A stretch of DNA of 64,000 bases, taken from the NCBI GenBank assembly GCA_944322025.1, contig CALUOH010000010.1, positions 50,642 to 114,641 on the forward strand, in the 5' to 3' direction. The notes beneath the pieces were generated by a model. That model saw nothing but the letters and a program-made list of their open reading frames with translations. It was not told the DNA's origin and did no database searches. Made by a program: the position numbers and the translations under genes. Source of the DNA: an uncultured Bacteroidales bacterium (lineage in GTDB: Bacteria > Bacteroidota > Bacteroidia > Bacteroidales > Paludibacteraceae). This document shows positions 8,095 to 16,532 of this stretch, piece by piece (the first letter of the stretch is position 1; every line of letters begins with the position of its first letter).

Positions 8095-10419
8095 ATGGTA
8101 CAAAGGAGAGCCAAGTCGGCTTTGACGGCGAAGCAGAAGAAGACGTTCCTTGTGTGGTTCTGGGGGCTGTTCACGGCGGCGGTGCTTGTGGTGGCGGGGA
8201 TTTTCGTTGCCATAGCATACGGGTGGATAGGCTATCTCCCTCCGATAGAGGAGTTGCAGAACCCGAAGAACAAGTTTGCCACGGAGATATATTCCTCTGA
8301 CAGAGAGCTTATAGGGACATTCTACACCGCGAAGGACAACAGGATAAACGCTAGCTACAATGAGCTTTCGCCGAATCTGGTAAAGGCACTTATTGCCACA
8401 GAGGATGTGCGCTTCGAGTCACATTCGGGCATAGATGCCAAGGCCGTGGCGCGGGCCGCAATCATGCGTGTCCTATTGCAGAGAAAAGGAGCGGGCGGAG
8501 GTTCTACTCTGACGCAGCAGCTTGCCAAGCAGCTCTATTCTCCAATGGCGGAGAACATGTTCCAGCGCGCCATGCAGAAACCGATTGAGTGGGTCATAGC
8601 CGTGGAGCTTGAACGCCTGTATACGAAAGAGGAGATACTGACCATGTATCTCAACAAGTTCGACTTCCTGAACAACGCAGTAGGCATCAAGACGGCATCC
8701 AATGTCTATTTCGGTGTGTCGCCGTCAGAACTGAACGTGGAACAGGCGGCTACGCTTGTCGGCATGTGCAAGAACCCTTCGCTCTACAATCCGGTCTCTG
8801 CCAAGAGACGTCCCAAGTGCGAGGAGCGGCGTAATGTGGTGTTGGGGCAGATGCGCAAGGCGGGTTTCCTTACCGAAGCGGAGTATGACTCGATAAGCCA
8901 GATACCGCTTACGCTCGACTATCACCGTGTGGACCACAAACTCGGTACTGCCCCCTATTTCCGGGAGTATTTGCGTAAGATGCTGACGGCCAAAGAGCCG
9001 AAGAAGAAGAACTATGCCTCGTGGCAGCTTGTCCCGTACGGGCAATACTATCTTGACTCCATAGAGTGGGCGGACAATCCGCTGTACGGCTTCTGCGAAA
9101 AGAACCCCAAGAAAGACGGTACGAAGTACGACATATATCGTGACGGGCTTAAGATATACACTACGATAGACTCCCGTATGCAGAGGTATGCGGAGGAGGC
9201 TGTGGAAGAGCACATGAAGGAGATGCAGGCGAAGTTCTTCAAGAGCCAGAAGGGGAGGAAGAAAGCTCCTTTCGCATCGTCTACATCGGACAAGGACATA
9301 GAGCGTTCGCTCAATCAGGCCATGCGCAACACTGACCGTTACCGTGCTCTGAAAAAGGCGCATGCATCGGACGAGGAGATAAGGAAGGTGTTTGACACAC
9401 CGGTGGAGATGGAGGTGTTTTCGTATGATGGCATTGTAGACACGGTGATGTCGCCGATGGACTCGATACGCTACCATAAGTATTTCGCACGCTGCGGCAT
9501 GATGAGCATCGACCCGCTTACCGGTCATGTCAAGGCGTATATAGGCGGTCCGGATTTCTCTTATTTCCAGTATGATATGGCTACTGTCGGCCGCCGTCAG
9601 GTGGGGTCTACGGTCAAGCCCTATCTGTACAGCCTCGCAATGAGCGAGGGTTATTGGCCGTGTGATACGACCGTCAATCAGGAGATTACACTATATGACG
9701 GACTTGGGCGGCCATTCACTCCGCGCAACTCGTCGAAGGCGAGGGTGGGGGAGACCGTGACATTCAAATGGGGATTGCAGACCTCGAACAACTGGATAAC
9801 GGCTTATCTGATGAGCCTGCTTTCGCCAGACCAGCTGGTGAGGCTCATGCGCTCGTTCGGTATCAAGGGAGAGCTTGTCCCTGTCATATCGCTCTGTCTC
9901 GGTCCGTGCGAGGTGAGTGTGGCAGAGATGGTGGATGCCTACACGGTGTTCCCTAACAAGGGAATACGTACAGAGGCGGTGTATGTCACACATATAGAGG
10001 ATAACAACGGCAACCGTATAGCGGAGTTTGTGCCGCGTACGGAGGAGGTGCTCAGCGAGGAGACTACTTATAAGATGCTCGACATGCTTACGGCTGTGAT
10101 GGACCACGGAACGGGCGTAAGGGTGAGGTATAAATATAATGTGAATGCCCCGGCGGGCGGCAAGACAGGTACGTCGCAGGAGAACTCGGACGGGTGGTTT
10201 ATGGGCTTCACCCCATCGCTTGTCTCCGGAGTGTGGGTTGGCTGGGAAGACCGCACGGTGCATTTCGCCAATATGGCCGACGGGCAGGGTGCGTCGATGG
10301 CACTGCCTATCTGGGCGAAGTATATGCAGAGAGTGCTGAACGACAGTACGCTCGGCTACGACCCGACACAGCAGTTTGATATTCCGGAGTGGTTCGACCC
10401 GACGGCGGGGTGCAGGTGA
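8095..10419 (+). CDS. mrcA: Penicillin-binding protein 1A (bifunctional transglycosylase/transpeptidase)
   Basis: Has an N-terminal TM anchor and GT51 motifs (ATEDVRFESHSGID, GGSTLTQQLAK, RKxxE-like region). The transpeptidase motifs STVKP, SRN-like and KTGT (GGKTGTSQ) are also present. Confidence 0.9.
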   Translation: MVQRRAKSALTAKQKKTFLVWFWGLFTAAVLVVAGIFVAIAYGWIGYLPPIEELQNPKNKFATEIYSSDRELIGTFYTAKDNRINASYNELSPNLVKALIATEDVRFESHSGIDAKAVARAAIMRVLLQRKGAGGGSTLTQQLAKQLYSPMAENMFQRAMQKPIEWVIAVELERLYTKEEILTMYLNKFDFLNNAVGIKTASNVYFGVSPSELNVEQAATLVGMCKNPSLYNPVSAKRRPKCEERRNVVLGQMRKAGFLTEAEYDSISQIPLTLDYHRVDHKLGTAPYFREYLRKMLTAKEPKKKNYASWQLVPYGQYYLDSIEWADNPLYGFCEKNPKKDGTKYDIYRDGLKIYTTIDSRMQRYAEEAVEEHMKEMQAKFFKSQKGRKKAPFASSTSDKDIERSLNQAMRNTDRYRALKKAHASDEEIRKVFDTPVEMEVFSYDGIVDTVMSPMDSIRYHKYFARCGMMSIDPLTGHVKAYIGGPDFSYFQYDMATVGRRQVGSTVKPYLYSLAMSEGYWPCDTTVNQEITLYDGLGRPFTPRNSSKARVGETVTFKWGLQTSNNWITAYLMSLLSPDQLVRLMRSFGIKGELVPVISLCLGPCEVSVAEMVDAYTVFPNKGIRTEAVYVTHIEDNNGNRIAEFVPRTEEVLSEETTYKMLDMLTAVMDHGTGVRVRYKYNVNAPAGGKTGTSQENSDGWFMGFTPSLVSGVWVGWEDRTVHFANMADGQGASMALPIWAKYMQRVLNDSTLGYDPTQQFDIPEWFDPTAGCR

Positions 10420-10448
10420 GGGAGAGGATTTTGTAGATAATGATTTAA

Positions 10449-10488
10449 CACGGGCGCGCATCAGAACGATGCGCGCCCGTGTTTTTTT
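10449..10488 (+). terminator. Rho-independent terminator after the PBP1A gene
   Basis: 14-bp perfect stem, CACGGGCGCGCATC and GATGCGCGCCCGTG, with a 5-nt loop, followed by T7 (10482-10488). Confidence 0.85.
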
Positions 10489-10555
10489 ATTCATCCGTTC
10501 TTTGTGTGGGGCGGCTGAGTTTCGGCGGAAAGGTGGCGGGGAGGATAGTGAGAGG

Positions 10556-10602
10556 GTGGCTTGGAGTTGGCTTGAGAGTACGTGTTTTTAACCTTGATTA
10601 AC
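10556..10602 (+). repeat. Dispersed intergenic repeat, copy 1
   Basis: GGCTTGGAGTTGGCTT followed by the core GAGAGTACGTGTTTTTAACCTTGATTAAC (core at 10574-10602). Confidence 0.85.
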
Positions 10603-10921
10603 TATACGAGGCATGGAGGGAACGGGGGCGAGGGTTGAGGAGAGTGAGGAATGGAGGTTTGGAGGTTGTGAAGGAATGGGGATTATGGAGATGGCAGGTG
10701 GTTTCGGCGGGGTATGTGTGTTTGCGGGTTGGCGAGGTGCAGGCGAGTGCAGATATAGCGATTGCAGAGAAATGACGGGTGCGGGTCAGTCTGATGCGTA
10801 CCCGTTGTTTTTGTATGTGATAATGGGTAGATATGTGTGCGGATATGGTGTATTGACGGGCTGTTTTAGCAGTATTTATTAATCGTTTTTTTTTTTTTGT
10901 ATTCATGCTAATTCTAATGCT

Positions 10922-10929
10922 TACCTTTG
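10922..10929 (+). promoter_or_regulatory. -7 promoter box (TACCTTTG) heading the small-ORF / Sel1-caspase operon
   Basis: Exact match to TAnnTTTG, 31 nt upstream of the ATG at 10960. No other good box lies before 11166. Confidence 0.55.
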
Positions 10930-10959
10930 CACAGTGTTAATATAAAAGGAATAAACGAT

Positions 10960-11091
10960 ATGGAAGAGAAACGATATTCAGACTATATGGATGAATTCAC
11001 TTCCGAAGAGCTTTACACCGGGCTGCTTGGTCACGGGCTTTTTGCAGAGAAGTTGCCTGCGTTCCTGAGCAGTGAGTGGAGGGTATATTGA
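10960..11091 (+). CDS. 43-codon ORF (leader peptide or N-terminal remnant of a lost gene)
   Basis: Runs ATG to TGA and reads MEEKRYSDYMDEFTSEELYTGLLGHGLFAEKLPAFLSSEWRVY. It was too short for the supplied ORF track, and its composition looks like a protein. Confidence 0.3.
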   Translation: MEEKRYSDYMDEFTSEELYTGLLGHGLFAEKLPAFLSSEWRVY

Positions 11092-11165
11092 ATGTAATAA
11101 ACGGGATTGGAGTGTTAGAGAGGTTTGTTTATACAAGAAAGTATAACCATAAAAAGATATATGAT

Positions 11166-14100
11166 ATGAAAAAGGTAATTCTATTTGTTGTTTTGCTGTT
11201 GTCCTGTCAGGTAGTGATGTATGGGCAGATTAATGATGTCCAAGATATCAAGCGGGCAGCAGAGCAGGGAGATGCGATGGCACAAACGTTGTTAGGGGCG
11301 ATGTATTATGAAGGCACAGTCTCTGGCGTTGAGCAAGATTACGCAGAGGCAGTGAAGTGGTTTCGCAAGGCAGCGAAACAAGGAAATGCCGGTGCGCAAT
11401 ATGCCCTTGGTTTATGTTATGTATTAGGAGATGGCGTTGGACATGATTATGAAGAGGCGGTGAAGTGGTGGCGTAAAGCGGCAGAACAGGGAAATGCCAA
11501 TGCGCAAGGCGGACTGGGTATAAGCTATATGACAGGGCAAGGTGTTACACAGGATGCAGTAGAGGCAGTAAAGTGGCTTCGCAAGGCAGCAGAGCAGGGG
11601 GAGTCACAGGCGCAATATAATTTAGGACACTGTTATGCGGAGGGTAACGGTGTGCCACAGGATATCGCTGAAGCGGAGAAGTGGTGGCGTAAGGCGGCAG
11701 AACAGGGAGATGTAATGGCACAATATAATTTGGGCTTTATGTATTATGAGGGTAAAGGAGTGTCACAGGATTATGGAGAGGCGGTGAAGTGGCTTCGTAA
11801 AGCGGCTGAACAAGGAGAAACCAAAGCACAAAATCGTTTGGCATGGTGTTATGTCAATGGCTATGGAGTTACGCAGAACTATGGTGTGGCGACTAAGTTA
11901 TATCGAGAGGCAGCAGAGCGTGGGAATGCTGATGCGCAATATCATCTGGCTATGAGCTATAAGAACGGCTTGGGTGTCCAGCAGGATAGTGAAGAGGCAG
12001 AGAAGTGGTTCAGTAAGGCAGCGAAGCAGGGGCATCAGGAGGCGCAAAACGCATTGGATGAGTTCTATGCACAAGGGAGTGGTATGACTCAGTCACAAGG
12101 TTACGGTGGGGATGTGTCATCGTATAATGAAAATGAGGAGTTAGAAGATGCGCAAGAGCAGTATGAGTTGGGGCTGAAATATATGAATGGCGATGGTGTA
12201 CCGCAGGATTATAGGGAGGCAATTAAGTGCTTTACTAAGGCGGCAGTCCAAGGGCTTGCGGAGGCTCAATGTGTAATGGGTGAAATTTTTGCAGGGGTCT
12301 ATCAGGAGTATAGCGAGGCGGTGAAGTGGTGGCGCAAGGCAGCAGAGCAGGGGAATGTGCAGGCACAAGATAATTTGGGCTTGTGCTATTATAATGGCGA
12401 TGGTGTGCCACAGGATGTTAAGGAGGCTGTAAAGTGGTGGCGTAAAGCGGCCGAGCAGGGGTATGCACGGGCGCAAAGTAAAATGGGTGATTGCTATAAT
12501 GAAGGCAACGGTGTGTCGCATGATGTAACGGAAGCAGTGAAGTGGTGGCGCAAGGCAGCAGAGCAGGGAAATGCCGATGCACAAAATAATTTGGGTGGTT
12601 GTTATGGAACTGGCAATGGAGTGTCACAGGATTATACAGAGGCAGTGAAGTGGTGGCGCGAGGCGGCAGAACAGGGAAATGCATATGCGCAATATAATCT
12701 TGGTAATTGCTATTTGAGAGGCAATGGTGTACCACAGGATTATGGAGAGACGGTGAAGTGGTATAGCAAGGCAGCGGAGCAGGGAGTTGTTGATGCGCAA
12801 TTTAATCTGGGTTTGTTATATTCCAATGGCGAAGGCGTGTCTCGGAATTATGGTGAGGCGGTGAAGTGGTATAGCAAGGCAGCGGAGCAGGGGGATGACG
12901 AGGCGCAATATAATCTTGGTAATTGCTATTTGAGAGGCGAAGGTGTACCACAGAATTATGGAGAGGCTGCGAAGTGGTGGCGCAAGGCAGCGGAACAGGG
13001 GAATGCAGGGGCGCAATGTGATTTGGGCAGGTGCTATTTGGAGGGTTATGGCGTACCACAAGATTATAGCGAAGCAGTGAAGTGGTATCGTAAGGCGGCA
13101 GAGCAGGGGAATGCCGAGGCGCAAAGTAGTTTGGGTTTGTGCTATTATAAGGGCAATGGTGTACCACAGGATCATGCAGAGGCGTTGAAGTGGTATCGCA
13201 TGGCAGCGGAGCAGGGGCATGCAGTGGCACAAAGTAATATAGGTGTGTGCTATTACTATGGTAATGGTGTGGCACAGGATTATGTAGAGGCGGTGAAGTG
13301 GTATCGCAATGCGGCAGAGCAGGGGAATGCCTGGGCACAATGTAGAATGGGTGAGTGTTATGCATATGGCTATGGTGTGGAGCAGGATTATGAAGAGGCA
13401 GAAGAGTGGTTTAGCAAGGCGGCTGAACAAGGAGATGAATATGCAAAAGAGCAATTGGCATGGATGAAAAGCCCGGATAATATCAATATGCATATACCGC
13501 AAACGGGTGTGAGGAGGAAGAATACATTCGCGGTTATCATAGCGAATGAGAATTACAGACGGTTAGACAGTGTGCCGTATGCCAAGGCGGACGGGAGTGT
13601 GTTTGCGGAGTACTGTGAAAAGACATTGGGTGTGCCAAAGGAGAATATAAGAGTATATAATGACGCTACGTATGGTGATATGCTTATGGCTATCAACGAT
13701 ATAAAGTCGATAGCCGCTGCGTATGCAGGGGAGCTGAATGTAGTGTTCTACTATTCGGGACACGGCGCGCCGAAGGAGGGGACGCAGGAGGCGTATCTGC
13801 TGCCTGTGGATTCGTACGGGGCGCACAGCGGCGCGGCACTGTCGTTAGACAATTTGTACAGCGAGTTGGGGAGTATGGGCGCGAAGACGACGACGGTGTT
13901 TCTCGACGCATGTTTCAGCGGAGCATCGCGCGAGGGAGGGATGCTGGCATCGGCACGCGGAGTGGCGGTGAAACCCAAGGCGGCGACCCCGACGGCGGGG
14001 AACGTGGTGGTGCTGAGCGCGGCATCGGGAGAGGAGACAGCCCTGCCGTATGAGAAGATGGGACACGGGATGTTCACATACTATCTACTGAAGAAGCTGA

Positions 14101-14261
14101 AAGAGAGCAAGGGGGATGTGACCCTCGGAGAACTGAGCGACTATGTGATAGAGAATGTACGGCAGAGGTCGGCTGTGGTCAACAGGAAGAGCCAGACCCC
14201 GATGGTGCTGACCTCAGGGGCAGTGGCGGACAGGTGGCGGAGCATAAAGCTGGCACAGTGA
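11166..14261 (+). CDS. Secreted Sel1-repeat (SLR) protein with a C-terminal caspase-like (peptidase C14) domain
   Basis: ATG at 11166 gives the signal peptide MKKVILFVVLLLSCQVVMYGQ. About 24 Sel1 units follow (AVKWWRKAAEQGNAxAQxNLGxCYxxGxGVxQD). The tail has a caspase His/Cys dyad context (VVFYYSGHGAP and TTVFLDACFSGAS). Confidence 0.85.
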   Translation: MKKVILFVVLLLSCQVVMYGQINDVQDIKRAAEQGDAMAQTLLGAMYYEGTVSGVEQDYAEAVKWFRKAAKQGNAGAQYALGLCYVLGDGVGHDYEEAVKWWRKAAEQGNANAQGGLGISYMTGQGVTQDAVEAVKWLRKAAEQGESQAQYNLGHCYAEGNGVPQDIAEAEKWWRKAAEQGDVMAQYNLGFMYYEGKGVSQDYGEAVKWLRKAAEQGETKAQNRLAWCYVNGYGVTQNYGVATKLYREAAERGNADAQYHLAMSYKNGLGVQQDSEEAEKWFSKAAKQGHQEAQNALDEFYAQGSGMTQSQGYGGDVSSYNENEELEDAQEQYELGLKYMNGDGVPQDYREAIKCFTKAAVQGLAEAQCVMGEIFAGVYQEYSEAVKWWRKAAEQGNVQAQDNLGLCYYNGDGVPQDVKEAVKWWRKAAEQGYARAQSKMGDCYNEGNGVSHDVTEAVKWWRKAAEQGNADAQNNLGGCYGTGNGVSQDYTEAVKWWREAAEQGNAYAQYNLGNCYLRGNGVPQDYGETVKWYSKAAEQGVVDAQFNLGLLYSNGEGVSRNYGEAVKWYSKAAEQGDDEAQYNLGNCYLRGEGVPQNYGEAAKWWRKAAEQGNAGAQCDLGRCYLEGYGVPQDYSEAVKWYRKAAEQGNAEAQSSLGLCYYKGNGVPQDHAEALKWYRMAAEQGHAVAQSNIGVCYYYGNGVAQDYVEAVKWYRNAAEQGNAWAQCRMGECYAYGYGVEQDYEEAEEWFSKAAEQGDEYAKEQLAWMKSPDNINMHIPQTGVRRKNTFAVIIANENYRRLDSVPYAKADGSVFAEYCEKTLGVPKENIRVYNDATYGDMLMAINDIKSIAAAYAGELNVVFYYSGHGAPKEGTQEAYLLPVDSYGAHSGAALSLDNLYSELGSMGAKTTTVFLDACFSGASREGGMLASARGVAVKPKAATPTAGNVVVLSAASGEETALPYEKMGHGMFTYYLLKKLKESKGDVTLGELSDYVIENVRQRSAVVNRKSQTPMVLTSGAVADRWRSIKLAQ
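11250..13450 (+). repeat. Intragenic 108-bp (36-codon) periodic repeats encoding the Sel1 units
   Basis: The DNA strings GAGGCGGTGAAGTGGTGGCGTAAAGCGGCAGAACAGGG recur every 108 nt. One non-repeat linker lies near 12070-12160. Confidence 0.85.
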
Positions 14262-14312
14262 AGAGAGGAAGAGGATATACATTTGTAACATATAAAAGGA
14301 GGGAAAAAAATT

Positions 14313-15002
14313 ATGAGAAAAGTGATTGTATTGGTTATGGCACTGACCCTTAGCGGGGCGGGCATGGCCGCGTATGGGCAGACACGCGCAGATGCACAGA
14401 AAGAGATGCGGAAGGAGCGCAGAGAGACGGAGCGGGAGGCGGAGAGAGAACTGAACGAGAAGAGCGTGAAGGCCGCAAGGAAAGAGGCGAGGAGGCTGAA
14501 AAAGGAGGGCTGGGATGTGTCGCCGGGAGCTTTGCCGCTCGATAAGCAGCTCGACAGGGCATACACGATGCAGTATGAGTATGACACGGACAATTATCCG
14601 AAGTATATCATGGCAGAGGCGCAGTCGGTGGGGCAGAATTATGACGCGGCAAAGATGCAGGCCATGGAGCTTGCCAAACAGAACCTCGTGGGGCAAATAG
14701 AGACAGCGATGACTTCGATAGTGGAGAACTCTGTGGCAAACAGGCAGCTGAATTCGGGAGATGCGGCCTCGGTGGTGAAGACACTGGTGGCGGGGAAGAA
14801 TGTCATCATGCAGAGGATAGGCCGTATATTGCCGGTGACGGAGTGTTACCGCAGTCTGCCGAACGGCAATAAGGAGGTTCTTGTGAGGATAGCCTATTCG
14901 AGCGATGCGGCGAAGAAGGTGGCGAGGGACTATGTGGAACAGCAACTCGAACTGGAAGGGGAGGAGTTGCAAGGAGAACTTGACATGTATTTCGGAATTT
15001 GA
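14313..15002 (+). CDS. Secreted LPP20-like protein with a charged coiled N-terminal segment
   Basis: Has a signal peptide (MRKVIVLVMALTLSGAGMAAYGQ). The segment AEAQSVGQNYDAAKMQAMELAKQNLVGQIET...VLVRIAY resembles the LPP20 lipoprotein fold family (recognition from memory). Confidence 0.5.
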   Translation: MRKVIVLVMALTLSGAGMAAYGQTRADAQKEMRKERRETEREAERELNEKSVKAARKEARRLKKEGWDVSPGALPLDKQLDRAYTMQYEYDTDNYPKYIMAEAQSVGQNYDAAKMQAMELAKQNLVGQIETAMTSIVENSVANRQLNSGDAASVVKTLVAGKNVIMQRIGRILPVTECYRSLPNGNKEVLVRIAYSSDAAKKVARDYVEQQLELEGEELQGELDMYFGI

Positions 15003-15007
15003 AAGAG

Positions 15008-15922
15008 ATGAAAGGCCAAGGTGTGTGGGCAGGGCTGCTGAGAGGAGTCCTGCCCACGATTATTATGTTTGTATGCCAGACAGTGGAGGCACAGAAGACT
15101 GTGACGGTGGAGGGTGAATATGTGCTGAGGTCGGACGGGACTGTGACGGTTGCGCAGGCGAAGTCCATAGCATTGGAACGTGCGAAGATAGAGGCACTTG
15201 CGGCTGAGTTCGGCACAATCGTTTCACAGACGAACTTGACAGTGGTGCGTAATGAAAGCGGCGTGAGCGGAGGCACGGTAACACAGTCAGAACTGTTGTC
15301 TCTCGGCGGTTCGGAGGTTATGGGAGAGTGGATAGAGACAATAGGAGAACCGGAGTATGAGATTTATTTTGAGGGTGATATGCTCATAGTCGATGTTAGA
15401 GTACGCGGGCGGGCGAGGCGGCTGGATGCGGCAAAGGCGGATTTTGTGGCCCGTCTGTTGAGGAATGGTACGGATGACAGCTGCGAGAGTTCGGATTTTG
15501 TGGACGGCAACTCATTTTATCTGCATTTTCTCTCACCTGTGTCGGGGTATCTGTCAGTGTATCTGGTGGATGATGACCTTACGGCTTATTGTCTGTTGCC
15601 AGACAGGTATGATGATGACGGAGTGTTTCACGTTAAAGCCGGGCAGGAGTATGTGCTGTTTTCAGAGGAGTATGTCCGGATGAACGGTGGAAGCGGAATG
15701 GTAGAGGAGTATGTCTTTACGGCGGAAAAGGAGTTGGAGCATAATGCGTTGTACGTGTTTTTCTCGCCAAATAGGTTTGTGAAGGCCATAGACCGTGAGA
15801 CTTCGGAACGCCTGCCAAGGGAGTTGAGTTATAAGGAGTTTCAGCAGTGGATGTCAAAAAGAAGGAAGCACGACCCGGAACTGAGTGTGGAGAAGAAGCT
15901 GGTGACTATACGTAAGATGTGA
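15008..15922 (+). CDS. Secreted protein with a DUF4384-like C-terminal domain
   Basis: I preferred the ATG at 15008 to the TTG at 14999. Has a signal peptide (...IIMFVCQTVEAQ). The pattern FYLHFLSPVSGYLSVYLVDDDLTAYCLLPD...VKAGQEYVLF matches the DUF4384 beta-sandwich signature that often accompanies caspase domains. Confidence 0.5.
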   Translation: MKGQGVWAGLLRGVLPTIIMFVCQTVEAQKTVTVEGEYVLRSDGTVTVAQAKSIALERAKIEALAAEFGTIVSQTNLTVVRNESGVSGGTVTQSELLSLGGSEVMGEWIETIGEPEYEIYFEGDMLIVDVRVRGRARRLDAAKADFVARLLRNGTDDSCESSDFVDGNSFYLHFLSPVSGYLSVYLVDDDLTAYCLLPDRYDDDGVFHVKAGQEYVLFSEEYVRMNGGSGMVEEYVFTAEKELEHNALYVFFSPNRFVKAIDRETSERLPRELSYKEFQQWMSKRRKHDPELSVEKKLVTIRKM

Positions 15923-16014
15923 AGATTGATGGTTTTTGTGGGCAATGTGTCTGATATGGAGGCGCGTGTGGCGGGGGCTGTGCTTTGTGTGTAGATGGAG
16001 GATAGGGAGGGGAT

Positions 16015-16057
16015 GGCTTGGAGCTGGCTCGAGAGTACGTGTTTTTAACCTTAGTTT
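16015..16057 (+). repeat. Dispersed intergenic repeat, copy 2
   Basis: GGCTTGGAGCTGGCTC followed by GAGAGTACGTGTTTTTAACCTTAGTTTG. Confidence 0.85.
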
Positions 16058-16087
16058 GCACTGTGGAGGCGGGAGGGGATAGGGAGA

Positions 16088-16147
16088 GGCTTCGGAGGAT
16101 GTTCGGAGCTGCTTCGGCGAGAGTACGTATTTTTAACTCTGATTAAC
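16088..16147 (+). repeat. Dispersed intergenic repeat, copy 3 (tandem with copy 2)
   Basis: GGCTTCGGAGGATGTTCGGAGCTGCTTCGGC followed by GAGAGTACGTATTTTTAACTCTGATTAAC. Confidence 0.85.
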
Positions 16148-16440
16148 TATATGGACTGGGAACTGAGGAGGAGTGGATTGGGAGGAGAATGGTGAGGAGG
16201 GAGAGTGTCGGGCGGTAAAAGCAAACACTGTTTTTTGAGTGATTGAAATGTATTTGAGAGGGTTTTCGTCTATGTATTGTGCGCCATGCCGGTCCTATCC
16301 CGTCCTCATGTCCTTGCAATAGCCCGCTATTGCGGCGAACATAAGAACATGATATGCCACGGCAGTGCATCACAATCCATGCAGACGGCAAAAGGTAAAA
16401 ACGTTTTTTGAGTTTTATTGGTTTGTCGGGAAAATCTGCG

Positions 16441-16448
16441 TACCTTTG
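16441..16448 (+). promoter_or_regulatory. -7 promoter box (TACCTTTG) for the susC-like operon
   Basis: Exact match to TAnnTTTG, 85 nt upstream of the ATG at 16533. Confidence 0.6.
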
Positions 16449-16460
16449 CAAAGTGTTTAT

Positions 16461-16476
16461 AACCACAGTTGTGGTT
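16461..16476 (+). promoter_or_regulatory. Inverted repeat in the susC leader (operator or RNA hairpin)
   Basis: AACCACA-GT-TGTGGTT has perfect 7-bp arms and starts 13 nt after the -7 box. Confidence 0.4.
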
Positions 16477-16532
16477 GCAAGGTAAAAGGATTTTATAATC
16501 TCAATTGTTTCTAACCTTAAAAAGTTAATCGC

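Noticed and set aside
11250-13450. Regular 108-bp DNA periodicity that could be mistaken for a CRISPR array or satellite, plus many antisense ORFs (12141-12584, 12816-13502 and others)
   Set aside because: The period equals one 36-aa Sel1 unit inside a single continuous 1031-codon reading frame. There are no unique spacers between identical repeats and no cas genes.
14313-15922. Gasdermin-like or other cytoplasmic cell-death effector partners for the caspase-domain protein
   Set aside because: Both neighbouring proteins and the caspase fusion itself carry N-terminal signal peptides. Neither neighbour has the size or composition of bacterial gasdermins, so a cytoplasmic abortive-infection model does not fit.
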